From an uncultured Clostridia bacterium (GTDB taxonomy: Bacteria > Bacillota > Clostridia > TANB77 > CAG-508), in assembly GCA_934101145.1 (NCBI GenBank), contig CAKOPZ010000001.1:5279-69278 (forward strand): a stretch of 64,000 nt of DNA, in the 5' to 3' direction. Under the pieces are notes generated by a model, which saw only the letters and a program-made list of their open reading frames with translations, did not search any database and was not told the origin of the DNA. The translations under genes and the position numbers were made by a program. Positions 27,630-38,810 of the stretch are shown here, in pieces (the stretch's first letter is position 1; every line of letters starts with the position of its first letter).

Positions 27630-28856
27630 TTGGCAATCGGAGATATAATTGTGGGAATAGACATTGGCACTTCGAAGGTAAGTTTAGTAATAGGAGAAGT
27701 CAATAATTTCAATCAAATAGAAATAATTTGCACAAAATGTTGTAGTTGCAGAGGTATAAAAAAAGCAAAGATTATTGACGAAGACGAAATAGGTGGATCA
27801 ATATCAAAACTTATAAAAGAAGCAGAGACAGAAAACGAATTAACTATTAATTCTGCTTATTTAACTATACCAGGTAAATATGTTACTATCGTACAAAACA
27901 GCATTTTAAAAGAAGCCAAGGATAAGTATGCAGGAATATCAACAAAAGATGTGTATTCTGCATTATCTCAGGTAAAAGATATAGATATTCCAGATGGAAA
28001 ACAAATAATTGATATAGTTACAGATGAATTTATATTAGATAATGGAAAAGCAGTACAAGATCCAGTAGGAAGCTTAAGCTCAAGTTTTACGGTAAAGGCA
28101 CAAGTTGTTTTAGCTGATAAGGATTACATGAAACAATTATCAAATATATTTAGGAAAATAGACATTGATATAGATGGTCTTGTTCCTGTAACTCTTGCTG
28201 AAAGAAGCCTTGTACTTGATGGAAATGAGCTTAATGATAATGTGATGCTTTTAGATATAGGAGCTGGAAATACAGATATAGGTGTATTTGAAGGCTTATC
28301 ATTTGCATATACAAATACAATTCCACTAGGAGGAGATAATATCACAAATGATATTGCATTAGTACTTAACATTTCTGAAGAAGAGGCAGACAAATTAAAA
28401 AGACAATATGGTTTAGCTCTAAAATCTTTGATTGATAATGATAATGAAATTTTATTATCTACATGCAAAGATGAAAATAGAAAAATAATAAAAAGTTCTG
28501 AATTAATAGAGATTATTGAAGCAAGAATTGAAGAGATTTTTTCTTTAGTTAATAGAGATATAACTGCACAGGGTGTAAAACCAAGAATAAATAATGTTAT
28601 TCTTACAGGTCAAGGAATAACAAACATTAATAAAAGTGATGTTGCAGGAAAGATTATTTTAAATATACCTGTAAAAATATCAACAGGAAGAGCAATAAGC
28701 ACTGTTAGACCAGAATATAGAACAGCATATGCACTTGTGAGATATATTGCATCAAGACCTTTTGCAAAAACAGTTTCAAGCAATATAGATTCTACTGCAA
28801 AGGAAAGTTTTTTCCAAACAATATTAGAAAGAATTAAAGAATTTTTTTATTCTTAA
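27630..28856 (+). CDS. ftsA: Cell division protein FtsA
   Basis: 408 aa, actin-like ATPase (VGIDIGTSKV..., DIGAGNTDIGVF). TTG start 9 nt after GGAGGA. Located immediately upstream of ftsZ. Confidence 0.9.
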   Translation: MAIGDIIVGIDIGTSKVSLVIGEVNNFNQIEIICTKCCSCRGIKKAKIIDEDEIGGSISKLIKEAETENELTINSAYLTIPGKYVTIVQNSILKEAKDKYAGISTKDVYSALSQVKDIDIPDGKQIIDIVTDEFILDNGKAVQDPVGSLSSSFTVKAQVVLADKDYMKQLSNIFRKIDIDIDGLVPVTLAERSLVLDGNELNDNVMLLDIGAGNTDIGVFEGLSFAYTNTIPLGGDNITNDIALVLNISEEEADKLKRQYGLALKSLIDNDNEILLSTCKDENRKIIKSSELIEIIEARIEEIFSLVNRDITAQGVKPRINNVILTGQGITNINKSDVAGKIILNIPVKISTGRAISTVRPEYRTAYALVRYIASRPFAKTVSSNIDSTAKESFFQTILERIKEFFYS

Positions 28857-28911
28857 TAGATAAAACAGATGATAGTAAAATATAGTAATTTAGATTAGAG
28901 GAGGAAATAGT

Positions 28912-30033
28912 ATGTTAATGGATAGCACAGACGAGAATACAATGCTAGATGGAACAGCTACAATTAAAGTAATAGGAGTAGGTGGAGCAGGAAACAACGC
29001 AGTAAATAGAATGGTTGATTCTGGTATAAAAGGTGTAGAATTTATTGCTGTAAATACAGATAGACAAGCATTAGTACTTTCAAAAGCAGCATCAAAAATT
29101 CAAATTGGTGAAAAAATAACAAGAGGTTTAGGAGCAGGAGCTAACCCAGATATAGGTGCACAAGCTGCAGAAGAAAGCAAATCAGAAATTGCAGAAGCTT
29201 TACGCGGAGCAGATATGGTATTTGTTACAGCCGGAATGGGTGGAGGAACAGGTACAGGTGCTGCACCAATTATAGCTGCCACTGCAAAAGAGATGGGAAT
29301 TTTAACCATAGGTGTTGTTACAAAACCATTTACATTTGAAGGCAAAAAAAGATTATCACAAGCTGAACGTGGCGTAGAGAGCTTAAAAGGTAAAGTTGAT
29401 ACTTTAGTAGTTATTCCAAATGACAAACTATTACAAGTAATTGATAGAAAAACATCAATTGTAGAGGCATTTAAAATGGCTGATGATGTTTTAAGACAAG
29501 GTGTTCAAGGTATATCTGACCTTATTGCTATACCAGGACTTGTAAACTTAGACTTTGCAGATGTTAAAACAATTATGTTAAATACAGGTATGGCTCATAT
29601 GGGTATTGGTAGAGCATCTGGAGAAAATAGAGCAGAAGATGCAGCAAAACAAGCTGTACAAAGTCCATTACTTGAAACTTCAATCGAAGGTGCAAGAGGT
29701 GTTATTATTAACATTACAGGTGGAAATAACCTTGGATTACATGAAGTTAATACAGCAGCTGAATTAATTCAACGTAGTGTTGATCCAGAAGCAAATATTA
29801 TATTTGGTGCAGTAATTGATGAAAGTCTTGATGAAGACATAGTTATAACAGTTATTGCAACTGGATTTGAGAAGGAACCAGGAGTAATGTCAAATATTCC
29901 AGTAGGAGAAATTATTGACAAAGCATGGGACAAAAAATTAAATTCAATTCCAACACCAGTAGATAATTCAAACTCTGCTGATAACTTAGATATACCATCT
30001 TTTTTAAGAAAAAACAAAGGTATGAATAAATAG
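28912..30033 (+). CDS. ftsZ: Cell division protein FtsZ
   Basis: 373 aa with the tubulin signature [10 protein letters not shown] and [25 protein letters not shown]. Confidence 0.97.
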   Translation: MLMDSTDENTMLDGTATIKVIGVGGAGNNAVNRMVDSGIKGVEFIAVNTDRQALVLSKAASKIQIGEKITRGLGAGANPDIGAQAAEESKSEIAEALRGADMVFVTAGMGGGTGTGAAPIIAATAKEMGILTIGVVTKPFTFEGKKRLSQAERGVESLKGKVDTLVVIPNDKLLQVIDRKTSIVEAFKMADDVLRQGVQGISDLIAIPGLVNLDFADVKTIMLNTGMAHMGIGRASGENRAEDAAKQAVQSPLLETSIEGARGVIINITGGNNLGLHEVNTAAELIQRSVDPEANIIFGAVIDESLDEDIVITVIATGFEKEPGVMSNIPVGEIIDKAWDKKLNSIPTPVDNSNSADNLDIPSFLRKNKGMNK

Positions 30034-30055
30034 AATCTAAATAAGTAAAATAATA

Positions 30056-30093
30056 AAAGAAATAATCTTATTTTGTAGATTATTTCTTTTTTT
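30056..30093 (+). terminator. Intrinsic terminator after ftsZ
   Basis: AAAGAAATAATCT (30056-30068) pairs with AGATTATTTCTTT (30077-30089), followed by a T-run. Confidence 0.75.
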
Positions 30094-30170
30094 CGTGCCT
30101 AAGATATGACAACATTTTAAATTTAGATGTTGTACAATATGATATGTAAAAATCATGAAGGATGATTTAT

Positions 30171-31094
30171 ATGACTGTTTATTTAGATATTATATTACTT
30201 GAAAATTTATGTATGAATTTTATCATTTTGTATGCAACTGGATTTATTATTAAAAGTAAAATACGATATATAAATTTAACTTTATCATCATTAATTGGAG
30301 CTATATATGCGATATTTGTTTATATGCAAATTTTTGAAATATACTCGAATATGATTACAAAAGTAATTCTTTCTGTGGCTATGGTGTATATTGCTTTTTT
30401 ACCTAAAAATGTAAAGGGACTTTTAAAATATTTGCTTATTTTTTATATGGTTTCATTTGTATTTGGAGGTTGTGCATTTGCACTTTTATATTTTTTAAAA
30501 CCAGAAAATATATTTATGGAAAATGGTGTATATATTGGAACATACCCAATTAAGGTCGCTCTTTTGGGAGCTATTATAGGTTTTATTGTGGTACATATTG
30601 CATTTAATATAGTGAAAAGTAGAGTTAGTAAAAAGGCAATTTTATATGATGTAGAAATTACAATAGATACAAAAAAAGTAATAATAAAGGCAATGCTAGA
30701 TACTGGAAATGGACTTAGAGATCCAATTACAGGAAGTCCAGTAGCTGTTGTTGAAAAAGAAAAATTATTTGGATTATTGCCAGATAATATTTTGAATAAT
30801 ACAGAAAAAATAATAGGAGGTGATTGGGAAAATATAGATAATGACATTAATTATAGGTCAAGATTTTGTTTAATACCATTTAGTTCTATTGGAAAGCAAA
30901 ATGGTATGCTACTTGGATTTAAAGTTGATGAAATTAGGGTTATAAGTGATATTGAAGAAACTATAAACAAAAAAGCTATAATATGTCTATATAATCAAAA
31001 GCTAAGCAAGACAGATGCATATTCAGCACTAATAGGACTTGATATGCTAGAGGGGAGTATGGAAAATGAATTTGTTACAAATATTGAAAAATAG
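30171..31094 (+). CDS. spoIIGA: Sporulation sigma-E factor-processing peptidase SpoIIGA
   Basis: About 307 aa. N-terminal multi-TM ([17 protein letters not shown]...) and a C-terminal aspartic protease region ([17 protein letters not shown]). Immediately upstream of sigE. An alternative ATG is at 30162. Confidence 0.88.
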   Translation: MTVYLDIILLENLCMNFIILYATGFIIKSKIRYINLTLSSLIGAIYAIFVYMQIFEIYSNMITKVILSVAMVYIAFLPKNVKGLLKYLLIFYMVSFVFGGCAFALLYFLKPENIFMENGVYIGTYPIKVALLGAIIGFIVVHIAFNIVKSRVSKKAILYDVEITIDTKKVIIKAMLDTGNGLRDPITGSPVAVVEKEKLFGLLPDNILNNTEKIIGGDWENIDNDINYRSRFCLIPFSSIGKQNGMLLGFKVDEIRVISDIEETINKKAIICLYNQKLSKTDAYSALIGLDMLEGSMENEFVTNIEK

Positions 31095-31803
31095 CATAAA
31101 TACAATTTATGTAAAATACATAGGCAATGATGAAGTGACAGATTTGCCAATTTATTATATAGGTGGAAGTCAAACTCTGCCACCACCACTATCTCCAGAA
31201 GAAGAAAGCAAAATGATAGAAAAGCTTTCTAATGAAGATGATGCAGAGGGAGTAAGACAGTTGCTTGTAGAAAGAAATTTAAGACTTGTTGTATATATTT
31301 CAAAAAAATTTGAAAATACAGGTGTGGGACTTGAAGATTTGATTTCAATAGGAACAATAGGGTTGATGAAAGCAATAAATACATTTAATGCTGACAAGAA
31401 AATAAAACTTGCAACATATGCTTCAAGATGTATAGAAAACGAAATATTGATGTATTTACGAAGAAGTAATAAACTCAAAGGAGAAGTTTCTATTGATGAA
31501 CCTTTAAATCAAGACGGAGACGGAAATGAGCTCTTACTGTCAGATATACTTGGAACAGACTCTGATGTAACATCAAGGAGAATTGAAGATGAAGTTGATA
31601 AAAGTTTGCTCCGTGATTCAATACAAAAGCTGAGTAACAGGGAAAGAAATATCATGGAACTAAGATTTGGGTTTATAAGTGGAAAAGAAAAAACACAAAA
31701 GGAAGTAGCTGATATGCTTGGAATTTCACAAAGTTATATATCACGTTTAGAAAAAAAGATTATAAATAAAATGAAAAAAGATATTTTAAGTAAGACTGGC
31801 TAG
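31066..31803 (+). CDS. sigE: RNA polymerase sporulation sigma factor SigE (pro-sigma-E)
   Basis: 245 aa. Pro-sequence then [18 protein letters not shown], as in pro-sigma-E. Sigma-70 regions 2 and 4. Overlaps the spoIIGA end by 29 nt. Confidence 0.93.
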   Translation: MNLLQILKNSINTIYVKYIGNDEVTDLPIYYIGGSQTLPPPLSPEEESKMIEKLSNEDDAEGVRQLLVERNLRLVVYISKKFENTGVGLEDLISIGTIGLMKAINTFNADKKIKLATYASRCIENEILMYLRRSNKLKGEVSIDEPLNQDGDGNELLLSDILGTDSDVTSRRIEDEVDKSLLRDSIQKLSNRERNIMELRFGFISGKEKTQKEVADMLGISQSYISRLEKKIINKMKKDILSKTG

Positions 31804-31816
31804 ATGTATATATTAA

Positions 31817-31845
31817 GTATAAAAAGACCAAATTTGGAAATAATG
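31817..31845 (+). promoter_or_regulatory. Forespore-type (sigma-F/sigma-G) promoter candidate upstream of sigG
   Basis: GTATA (31817-31821), 14 nt, GGAAATAATG (31836-31845). This resembles the sigma-F/G consensus GTATA-N15-GGnnAnAnTw. Confidence 0.4.
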
Positions 31846-31882
31846 TTAAAAACAATTATTTCTAAAGGAGGTTTTTTATTTG

Positions 31883-32653
31883 ATGAATAAGGTAGAAATA
31901 TGTGGAGTAAATACTGCAAAATTACCTGTGTTATCAAATGAGGAAAAAGATGAATTATTAGAAAAAATAAAAAATGGAAATGAAGAGGCAAGAGAAAAAT
32001 TTATAAATGGAAATTTAAGATTGGTTTTGAGTATTATAAAAAGATTTTACACAAGAGGTGAAAATGCAGATGACTTGTTTCAAGTGGGATGTGTAGGTTT
32101 AATAAAGGCAATGGATAATTTTGATACAAGCCAAAATTGCCAGTTTTCGACATATGCGGTGCCGATGATAGTTGGGGAGGTGAAAAGATATTTAAGAGAT
32201 AATAATGCTATAAGAGTCAGTCGTTCTGTAAAAGATTTAGCATACAGGGTTTTAGCAGAAAAAGAAAAATTTTTAAAAGAACATGATAGAGAAGCAACAA
32301 TTGATGAACTTTCAATGATAATAGAAGTTCCACGAGAAGATATAGTTATGAGTTTGGATGCAATACAAGCGCCAATATCACTTCAAGAACCAGCTGGAAA
32401 TAGTGATTCTGATAGTATTTATATACAGGATCAAATAAGTGATAAGAAAAATACGGATGAATATTGGGCAGAAACTATTACTGTAGCAGAGGCAATGAAG
32501 AAACTTACAGATAAAGAAAAGTTGGTTCTTGGTAAAAGATTTTTTGAGGGGAGAACCCAAATAGAAGTTGCTTCAGAGATAGGTATATCGCAAGCACAAG
32601 TATCGAGACTTGAAAAAAGTGCAATTGACCATATTAAAAGAATATATAGATAA
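31883..32653 (+). CDS. sigG: RNA polymerase sporulation sigma factor SigG
   Basis: N-terminus MNKVEICGVNTAKLPVLSNEE...FINGNLRLVLSII is near-canonical SigG. RBS AAAGGAGG. The ORF track begins at TTG 31880. Confidence 0.93.
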   Translation: MNKVEICGVNTAKLPVLSNEEKDELLEKIKNGNEEAREKFINGNLRLVLSIIKRFYTRGENADDLFQVGCVGLIKAMDNFDTSQNCQFSTYAVPMIVGEVKRYLRDNNAIRVSRSVKDLAYRVLAEKEKFLKEHDREATIDELSMIIEVPREDIVMSLDAIQAPISLQEPAGNSDSDSIYIQDQISDKKNTDEYWAETITVAEAMKKLTDKEKLVLGKRFFEGRTQIEVASEIGISQAQVSRLEKSAIDHIKRIYR

Positions 32654-32660
32654 ATATAAA

Positions 32661-32689
32661 AAACAGTATTGAAAAATTCAATACTGTTT
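32661..32689. terminator. Bidirectional terminator between sigG and the convergent DUF2207 gene
   Basis: AAACAGTATTGA (32661-32672) pairs perfectly with TCAATACTGTTT (32678-32689). Confidence 0.75.
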
Positions 32690-32694
32690 AAGTT

Positions 32695-34332
32695 TTAACG
32701 AAAGCCACCTCCGCCTCCGCCACCACCGAAGGAACCGCCGCCTCCGCCTGATGATGATGAAGAATTACTAGCAGAATTAGCAGAAGAAATGCTATGCGTA
32801 CACCAAGTGTTTACAAACAAAAAATTGTCATATGATGAATAGCATGATTCTTCTATTATTTCTGGATATAATTCTTTAAATTGTTTTGCAACTTGTTTTG
32901 CAATTCCAAACATTTGAGCATATATCAAATATTCCTCAAATAAATGAACTTCAATAGCTTCTCTTTCAGGTATTAGTGTATAATCTAGTAAATATCTTTT
33001 TAGTTCAGCAATATGCTTTATTTCTTCTGTTAAGTTTGGTTGGAAGGTATAAATGTTTTTGTTTATACCAAATATTTTTTTCTGATTTAATATCAATTCT
33101 TCAGATGTTATAAGTTTATTTTGTTCTCTTGAAATAATTGTGTCAAACCAAATTAGAATTTTTTCATGATGCTTTCTGCACCATTTTTCAAATTCTTTAC
33201 TTTCAAGTATACCATCTTGGCTTGCTTGATATAGCATGTTGAATAGTTCAAGTTCTTTATTATCTGTAATTTTTGAATTATCAGCATTAGATAAAACAAT
33301 AGCAGATTTTTTATTTATTTCTTTTATTATAACAATACCATCTTTAATCCATTTTAAAATAATTGAACCTAAGATATCTGTTTTATTTTTCAAAAGACCA
33401 CCTTGGTAAGCAAGATAATATGCTTTGTAAAGGTTATTACATGGGATATCTCTAAAATATTCTTTGGTATTTTTTAAATCTTTTTTTGTAACACCAAAAT
33501 TGTATTTTGATTGTCCGATAAATATAATTCCAAAAATAACAACAAAGAAAATTGTTAAAAAGATTGCTGATATTATTTCAGATAAATCAGTTTCATTTTT
33601 TTGGTTCTTCTGTGCTCCTTCTTCAGCCATATTAAAGTAATAATTAAAGTCATGATTTAATTTATTTGTTGCATTAAAAGTTCCTTTTGGAAATTTTGCA
33701 AGTATTGTCATGTAATCACTTGATGGAAGTGTTCCATCAGAATCCATTTCTATATATCCATTATGTACATAGGCAGTTCCTTTGTTACCATATCCCCATA
33801 CATTTACAGTATTTGTCATATTAAAGGTAGTATGAATTTTAATATAGACACTACCAATGGCATTTGAAAAATCATATGGAATAAGAGTCCAGTAAATCAT
33901 TTGATTTCCATCTGAAAGTTCAGACACAAAATTTGTAATATCATATTTTACAGTATAGGTATGAGAACCATATTTACTAATGCCCCAGCATAATTCCACA
34001 CCATTTGATATTTTGTTTATACCACATTTGTAAGCTTTAGATGAAAGTGAACCAGATGTATTCCAAGATGAAAGAGTATCATAGGTTTGAGTTTCATCAG
34101 ATACAACTAGATTTTGAATTTTGCTATTTCCTAAATTATAATATGGATGATATACTTCTGTTCCTTCTGATGCTGAGCATTTCCAAGTTTCTGTTACATG
34201 AGCTGTAGCAGAATTATCTACATATATATCCATAGAAATTTTACTAATTGAATTTGCTTTAACATTACTAAAAAGAGCAAGTACTGCAAGAAATAGTAGT
34301 GTTAGAAAAAATGTTTTAAGTGTTTTTTTCAT
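32695..34332 (-). CDS. DUF2207-type membrane protein with C-terminal poly-Gly tail (paralog 1)
   Basis: 545 aa. Signal peptide, extracellular N-domain, TM region, cytoplasmic part, and the tail SSSSGGGGGSFGGGGGGGGFR typical of DUF2207 proteins. Confidence 0.75.
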   Translation of the reverse strand: MKKTLKTFFLTLLFLAVLALFSNVKANSISKISMDIYVDNSATAHVTETWKCSASEGTEVYHPYYNLGNSKIQNLVVSDETQTYDTLSSWNTSGSLSSKAYKCGINKISNGVELCWGISKYGSHTYTVKYDITNFVSELSDGNQMIYWTLIPYDFSNAIGSVYIKIHTTFNMTNTVNVWGYGNKGTAYVHNGYIEMDSDGTLPSSDYMTILAKFPKGTFNATNKLNHDFNYYFNMAEEGAQKNQKNETDLSEIISAIFLTIFFVVIFGIIFIGQSKYNFGVTKKDLKNTKEYFRDIPCNNLYKAYYLAYQGGLLKNKTDILGSIILKWIKDGIVIIKEINKKSAIVLSNADNSKITDNKELELFNMLYQASQDGILESKEFEKWCRKHHEKILIWFDTIISREQNKLITSEELILNQKKIFGINKNIYTFQPNLTEEIKHIAELKRYLLDYTLIPEREAIEVHLFEEYLIYAQMFGIAKQVAKQFKELYPEIIEESCYSSYDNFLFVNTWCTHSISSANSASNSSSSSGGGGGSFGGGGGGGGFR

Positions 34333-34366
34333 AATAATCCTCCTTTTAAATTTTCAAAAGTATATT

Positions 34367-36091
34367 TTAACGAAAGCCACCACCGCCTCCGCCACCACCG
34401 AAGGAACCTCCACCTCCTCCGGATGATGAATAGCCACCACCATCTACTGCGCTAGAAAAAGAATTTAAGATATTATTAATTGATGATGAAGTGTTTACAG
34501 ATGAAATAATACTTGTACTCAATGTATGTATTAATAAAAAGTCATCATATGTTAAATAACATGAGGTTTCTACTATATCTGGATATAATTTTTTAAATTG
34601 TTTTGCAACTTTTTTGGCAATACCAAACATTTGAGCATATATTAAATAGTTTTCAAACAAGTGAACTTCTATTGGCTCTCTTTCTTTTATTAAGGTATAA
34701 TCTATTAAATATCTTCTTAATCCAGCTAAATTCCTAAGTTCTTGTGTTAAACTAGGCTGAAAGAAATACTTTTTTTTATTTATAAATAACACTTTTTTAG
34801 TTTTTACAGTAATTTCTCCATAATTTATAAGTTTAGTTTCCCATGATGATATGATGTCATCAAACCAATTTAGAATAAGTTTATAGTTCTTTTTACACCA
34901 CTTTTTGAATTTTTTACTGTCATTTTTTTCATATTTCAAGGCATAAGAAAGTTCATGTAACAAACTGTATTCGTTATCATCAGAAATATCTTCAAAAGCT
35001 GTATCTGATAAAGTTATAGAAGGATTGCGAGTTGTAGTATCAATTGTTAATATACCTTCTTTAATCCATTTTAAAATAACTGCTCCGAAAATATCATTTT
35101 TGTTTTTTAAAATACCACTATGATAAGCTAAAAAATATGCTTTACAAAGGTTATCACAAGGGATATCTCTAAAGTATTCAGCATTTTTTAATTCTCTTTT
35201 TTTAGTACCTAGATTATATTTAGGTATTAGTGGAGAGTGCTTTTTGAAAAATGCAATAATTATATTACCCAATATTGGAATAAGTAAAGGTAGTAAAGCT
35301 ATGGGTATAATAAGGAATATAAAAAACATAAACATAATTTTTTCGTCAGAAGTAGTTTGTGAGTTTTTCTTTGCTCCTTGTTTAGACATATTAAAGTAAT
35401 AATTAAAGTCATGATTTAATTTATTTGTTGCATTAAAAGTTCCTTTTGGGAATTTTGCAAGTATTGTCATATAATTACTTGATGGAAGTTTTCCGTTTGA
35501 ATTCATTTGGATACAACCATCTGATACATAGGCAGTTCCTTTATTACCATATCCCCATACATTTACAGTGTTTGTCATATTAAAGGTAGTATGAATTTTA
35601 ATATATACATTTCCAATAGTATTTGAGAAATCATATGGAATAAGAGTCCAATAAATCATTTGATTTCCATCTGAAAGCTCAGATACAAAATTTGTAATAT
35701 CATATTTTACTATATATGTATGAGAGCCATATTTGCTAATGCCCCAGCATAATTCCACGCCATTTGATATTTTATTAATACCACATTTATAGGCTTTAGA
35801 TGAAAGTGAACCAGATGTATTCCAATATGAAAGGGTATCATAGGTTTGAGTTTCATCATATACAACAAGATTTTGAATTTTGCTATTTCCTAAGTTGTAA
35901 TATGGATGATATACTTCTGTTCCTTCTGAGGCAGAGCATTTCCATATTTCTGTTATATGAGCTGTACCAGAGTTATCTAGATATATATCCATAAGAATTT
36001 TACTAATTGAATTTGCTTTAACATTACTAAAAAGGGCTAGTGCTACAAAAAATAGTAATGTTAAAAGAAATGTCTTGAGAGTTTTTTTCAT
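34367..36091 (-). CDS. DUF2207-type membrane protein with C-terminal poly-Gly tail (paralog 2)
   Basis: 574 aa. The first ~240 aa are about 90% identical to paralog 1 and the remainder is much more diverged. The tail GGGGGSFGGGGGGGGFR is the same. Confidence 0.75.
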   Translation of the reverse strand: MKKTLKTFLLTLLFFVALALFSNVKANSISKILMDIYLDNSGTAHITEIWKCSASEGTEVYHPYYNLGNSKIQNLVVYDETQTYDTLSYWNTSGSLSSKAYKCGINKISNGVELCWGISKYGSHTYIVKYDITNFVSELSDGNQMIYWTLIPYDFSNTIGNVYIKIHTTFNMTNTVNVWGYGNKGTAYVSDGCIQMNSNGKLPSSNYMTILAKFPKGTFNATNKLNHDFNYYFNMSKQGAKKNSQTTSDEKIMFMFFIFLIIPIALLPLLIPILGNIIIAFFKKHSPLIPKYNLGTKKRELKNAEYFRDIPCDNLCKAYFLAYHSGILKNKNDIFGAVILKWIKEGILTIDTTTRNPSITLSDTAFEDISDDNEYSLLHELSYALKYEKNDSKKFKKWCKKNYKLILNWFDDIISSWETKLINYGEITVKTKKVLFINKKKYFFQPSLTQELRNLAGLRRYLIDYTLIKEREPIEVHLFENYLIYAQMFGIAKKVAKQFKKLYPDIVETSCYLTYDDFLLIHTLSTSIISSVNTSSSINNILNSFSSAVDGGGYSSSGGGGGSFGGGGGGGGFR

Positions 36092-36460
36092 AAGATCCTC
36101 CTTTTAAATTTTCAAATAAATTATCTCATATATATATAAATTTATCAATTGAAAATTAAAATAAAAAAGTCGAAAAATGATGAAAATGCGTGATGGATAG
36201 TAAAATTAGTACTTTGTCAACAAAAGAAAAACAGAGAAAATAGAAGAAAAAAAGAGATAAAGTAAGTAAACTATTTGGTAATTTGATATCTAAAACCTGA
36301 AAAACTGCATAAAATATATATGAAAGGGTAATAAAAGTATATGTAATTTGAAATTATATAAGATATGTAGTATAATAAACTTTGTCACGCATCAAAAGGA
36401 GAGTGAATTTATATTTTAAACAGCAAAATAAAATACTACACAAAAGAAACATTTAGACTT

Positions 36461-37501
36461 ATGAACATAGTAGCGATTGCACTGTTTATAATAATGGCAG
36501 TTATATTAATAAAATTTAAATTGGTATGTGAAGTAACTGCAGATGGAGAAAGATTAGGATATATTACAGATAAAGAAAATTTCGAACAATCTGTTAACGA
36601 TATTATCAATAAAAAGGAAGATAACAAATTATATACAACAATAGAAAATATGCCAGAATATCGTATCGTTTTTGTTGATAAAGATGAAGAAACAAACGAT
36701 GAAAAAGTTTTAGCAAAAGTGGAAGAAAGTTCAGAAACAACTTATAAATTATATGCGGTGACAATAGATGGAAAAGAAAAAACAACTGTTAAGAACTTAG
36801 AAGAAGCTGAAAATTTGGTTGCAGAATTGAAAAAAGAATATCAAGGAAAAACAAGTAAGGAAATTGCAATAGTTGATGTAATTACAACAGATAGTAACAA
36901 AGATGTATCTACAATACAAGTTGCAAAAGCAGATATTACAGAAGAATTAGACAAAACAGTAAAAACCGTATCAACAACTGCAAAAGCAACTACTACAACT
37001 AAAAAGGTTACATCAAGAGGAAGTTCATCTACAAGTAAGAAGACATCTTCAAGTACAACTAAAAAAACAACAACAAGTAGGAGTTCAACTACTAAGAAAA
37101 CATCTTCGACATCATTAAATGGTGTAAAATTAACTGTAAAACCTGTTTCAGGAATTATTACATCAAGATTTGGTTCAAGAGAGAGTATAAGAAGTAGTGG
37201 ACATAAGGGACTTGATATTGCAGCTAAAAAAGGAACAAAAATAAAAGCTGCAGCTGGTGGAACAGTAATATTTGCAGGATATAGTGGAGCATATGGGTAT
37301 GTAGTAAAGATTTCACATGGTAGTGGAATAAAAACATATTATGCACATTGTAGCAAATTATATGTTAAAACTGGTGATACAGTATCAGCAGGAGATGTTA
37401 TTGCTGCAGTTGGATCGACTGGACGTTCTACAGGTAGCCATTTACATTTTGAAGTTGTAAAAAATGGTACATCTGTAAACCCACAAAACTATTTATATTA
37501 G
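36461..37501 (+). CDS. Membrane-anchored M23 (LytM-domain) metallopeptidase with Ser/Thr-rich linker
   Basis: 346 aa. N-terminal TM, a TTTKK/SSST low-complexity linker, and C-terminal HKGLDIAA...GSTGRSTGSHLHFEV. The start is uncertain: there is no SD before ATG 36461, and a strong SD lies at 36394-36402. Confidence 0.8.
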   Translation: MNIVAIALFIIMAVILIKFKLVCEVTADGERLGYITDKENFEQSVNDIINKKEDNKLYTTIENMPEYRIVFVDKDEETNDEKVLAKVEESSETTYKLYAVTIDGKEKTTVKNLEEAENLVAELKKEYQGKTSKEIAIVDVITTDSNKDVSTIQVAKADITEELDKTVKTVSTTAKATTTTKKVTSRGSSSTSKKTSSSTTKKTTTSRSSTTKKTSSTSLNGVKLTVKPVSGIITSRFGSRESIRSSGHKGLDIAAKKGTKIKAAAGGTVIFAGYSGAYGYVVKISHGSGIKTYYAHCSKLYVKTGDTVSAGDVIAAVGSTGRSTGSHLHFEVVKNGTSVNPQNYLY

Positions 37502-37718
37502 AATTTAAAAGCTAGAGTAAAATAATACTCTGGCTTTTATTAGAATAATATAGTTAGTATTAATAAGAAAAGTGAAAATTCATATTAATTAATGACTTTG
37601 TTCCACAACATACAGGAACGTTTCATCAAAAATAAAGTTTTGATTGACATTGATAAATATAAGTTATAAAATAGTAAAATAATAATATATTGTATGAAAC
37701 AATTATTGGAGGAAGAAA

Positions 37719-38741
37719 ATGAAAATTTTATTAGATGCAATGGGTGGAGATAATGCACCAGATGCAACCATAAAGGGAGCTGTAAAAGCTATAAATCAAG
37801 TTGAGGCAGAGGTAGTTTTAATAGGACAAGAAGATGTAATAAAAGCTAAAATTAAAGAATTTTATGGAAAAGATGATATTAAAGAAATATCACCAAGACT
37901 AAGTATACATAATGCTACAGAAACGATTGAAATGGAGGATATACCAACACAGGCAATTAAACATAAAAAAGATTCTTCAATGGTTGTAGGATTTAATATG
38001 TTAAAAGCAGATGAAGGAGATGTATTTATTTCAGCAGGAAATTCAGGAGCATTACTTACAGGAGCAACATTGCTTGTAGGAAGAATTAAGGGAATAGACA
38101 GACCAGCTTTAGCAGGAATATTGCCTTCATACAAAAGCAGATTATTGCTTATGGATTGTGGATCAAATACAAATTGCAAGCCTTTAAATTTATTACAATT
38201 TGCACAAATGGCAACTATATATATTAGAAATACATTTGGAATACAAAATCCAACAGTTGGTCTTCTTAATATTGGAACAGAAGAAACAAAAGGAAATGAA
38301 CTTACAAAAGAATCATATAAGCTTTTAAAAGAGAAATCAGAAGAACTTGGAATTAATTTTGTGGGCAATGTTGAGGGAAGAGATGCTTTTTCTGGTAAAC
38401 TTGATATTCTTGTTACAGATGGATTTACTGGAAATGTGTTTTTGAAAGCTGTTGAAGGACTTGGTAAGTTTGTAAAAAGAACATTAACGGAAAGTATCAA
38501 GAAAAATATTTTATCAGTAATTGGTGCAATACCAACACTTCCAGCTATTAATCGTTTTAAAAAGACAGTTGATTATAAAGAATATGGTGGTGCTCTATTT
38601 TTAGGAGTAAAAAAACCTGTTGTTAAAGCTCATGGAAGTAGTGATGAAGAATTGTTTGAATTTACAATTAAACAAGCAGAGCAATTTGTAAAAAATAGGG
38701 CAGTTGACAAAATGATAGAAGAATTTACTAAAATATATTGA
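37719..38741 (+). CDS. plsX: Phosphate acyltransferase PlsX
   Basis: 340 aa (MKILLDAMGGDNAP..., VTDGFTGNV). RBS GGAGGA. Upstream of acpP. Confidence 0.93.
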   Translation: MKILLDAMGGDNAPDATIKGAVKAINQVEAEVVLIGQEDVIKAKIKEFYGKDDIKEISPRLSIHNATETIEMEDIPTQAIKHKKDSSMVVGFNMLKADEGDVFISAGNSGALLTGATLLVGRIKGIDRPALAGILPSYKSRLLLMDCGSNTNCKPLNLLQFAQMATIYIRNTFGIQNPTVGLLNIGTEETKGNELTKESYKLLKEKSEELGINFVGNVEGRDAFSGKLDILVTDGFTGNVFLKAVEGLGKFVKRTLTESIKKNILSVIGAIPTLPAINRFKKTVDYKEYGGALFLGVKKPVVKAHGSSDEELFEFTIKQAEQFVKNRAVDKMIEEFTKIY

Positions 38742-38810
38742 CAATTACATCAATATGTATTATTGTAAGGAAGAAATAGTTATATGAAGTTTAAGGAGGT
38801 GTACGTATAG

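Noticed and set aside
30092-30138. spoIIGA promoter with Spo0A boxes (ATGACA, 21-nt spacer, TACAAT; TTCGTGC as a 0A-box-like element)
   Set aside because: The arrangement is reminiscent of the long-spacer B. subtilis spoIIG promoter. However, the 0A-box matches are only 5/7 in AT-rich DNA, so I did not list it as a feature.
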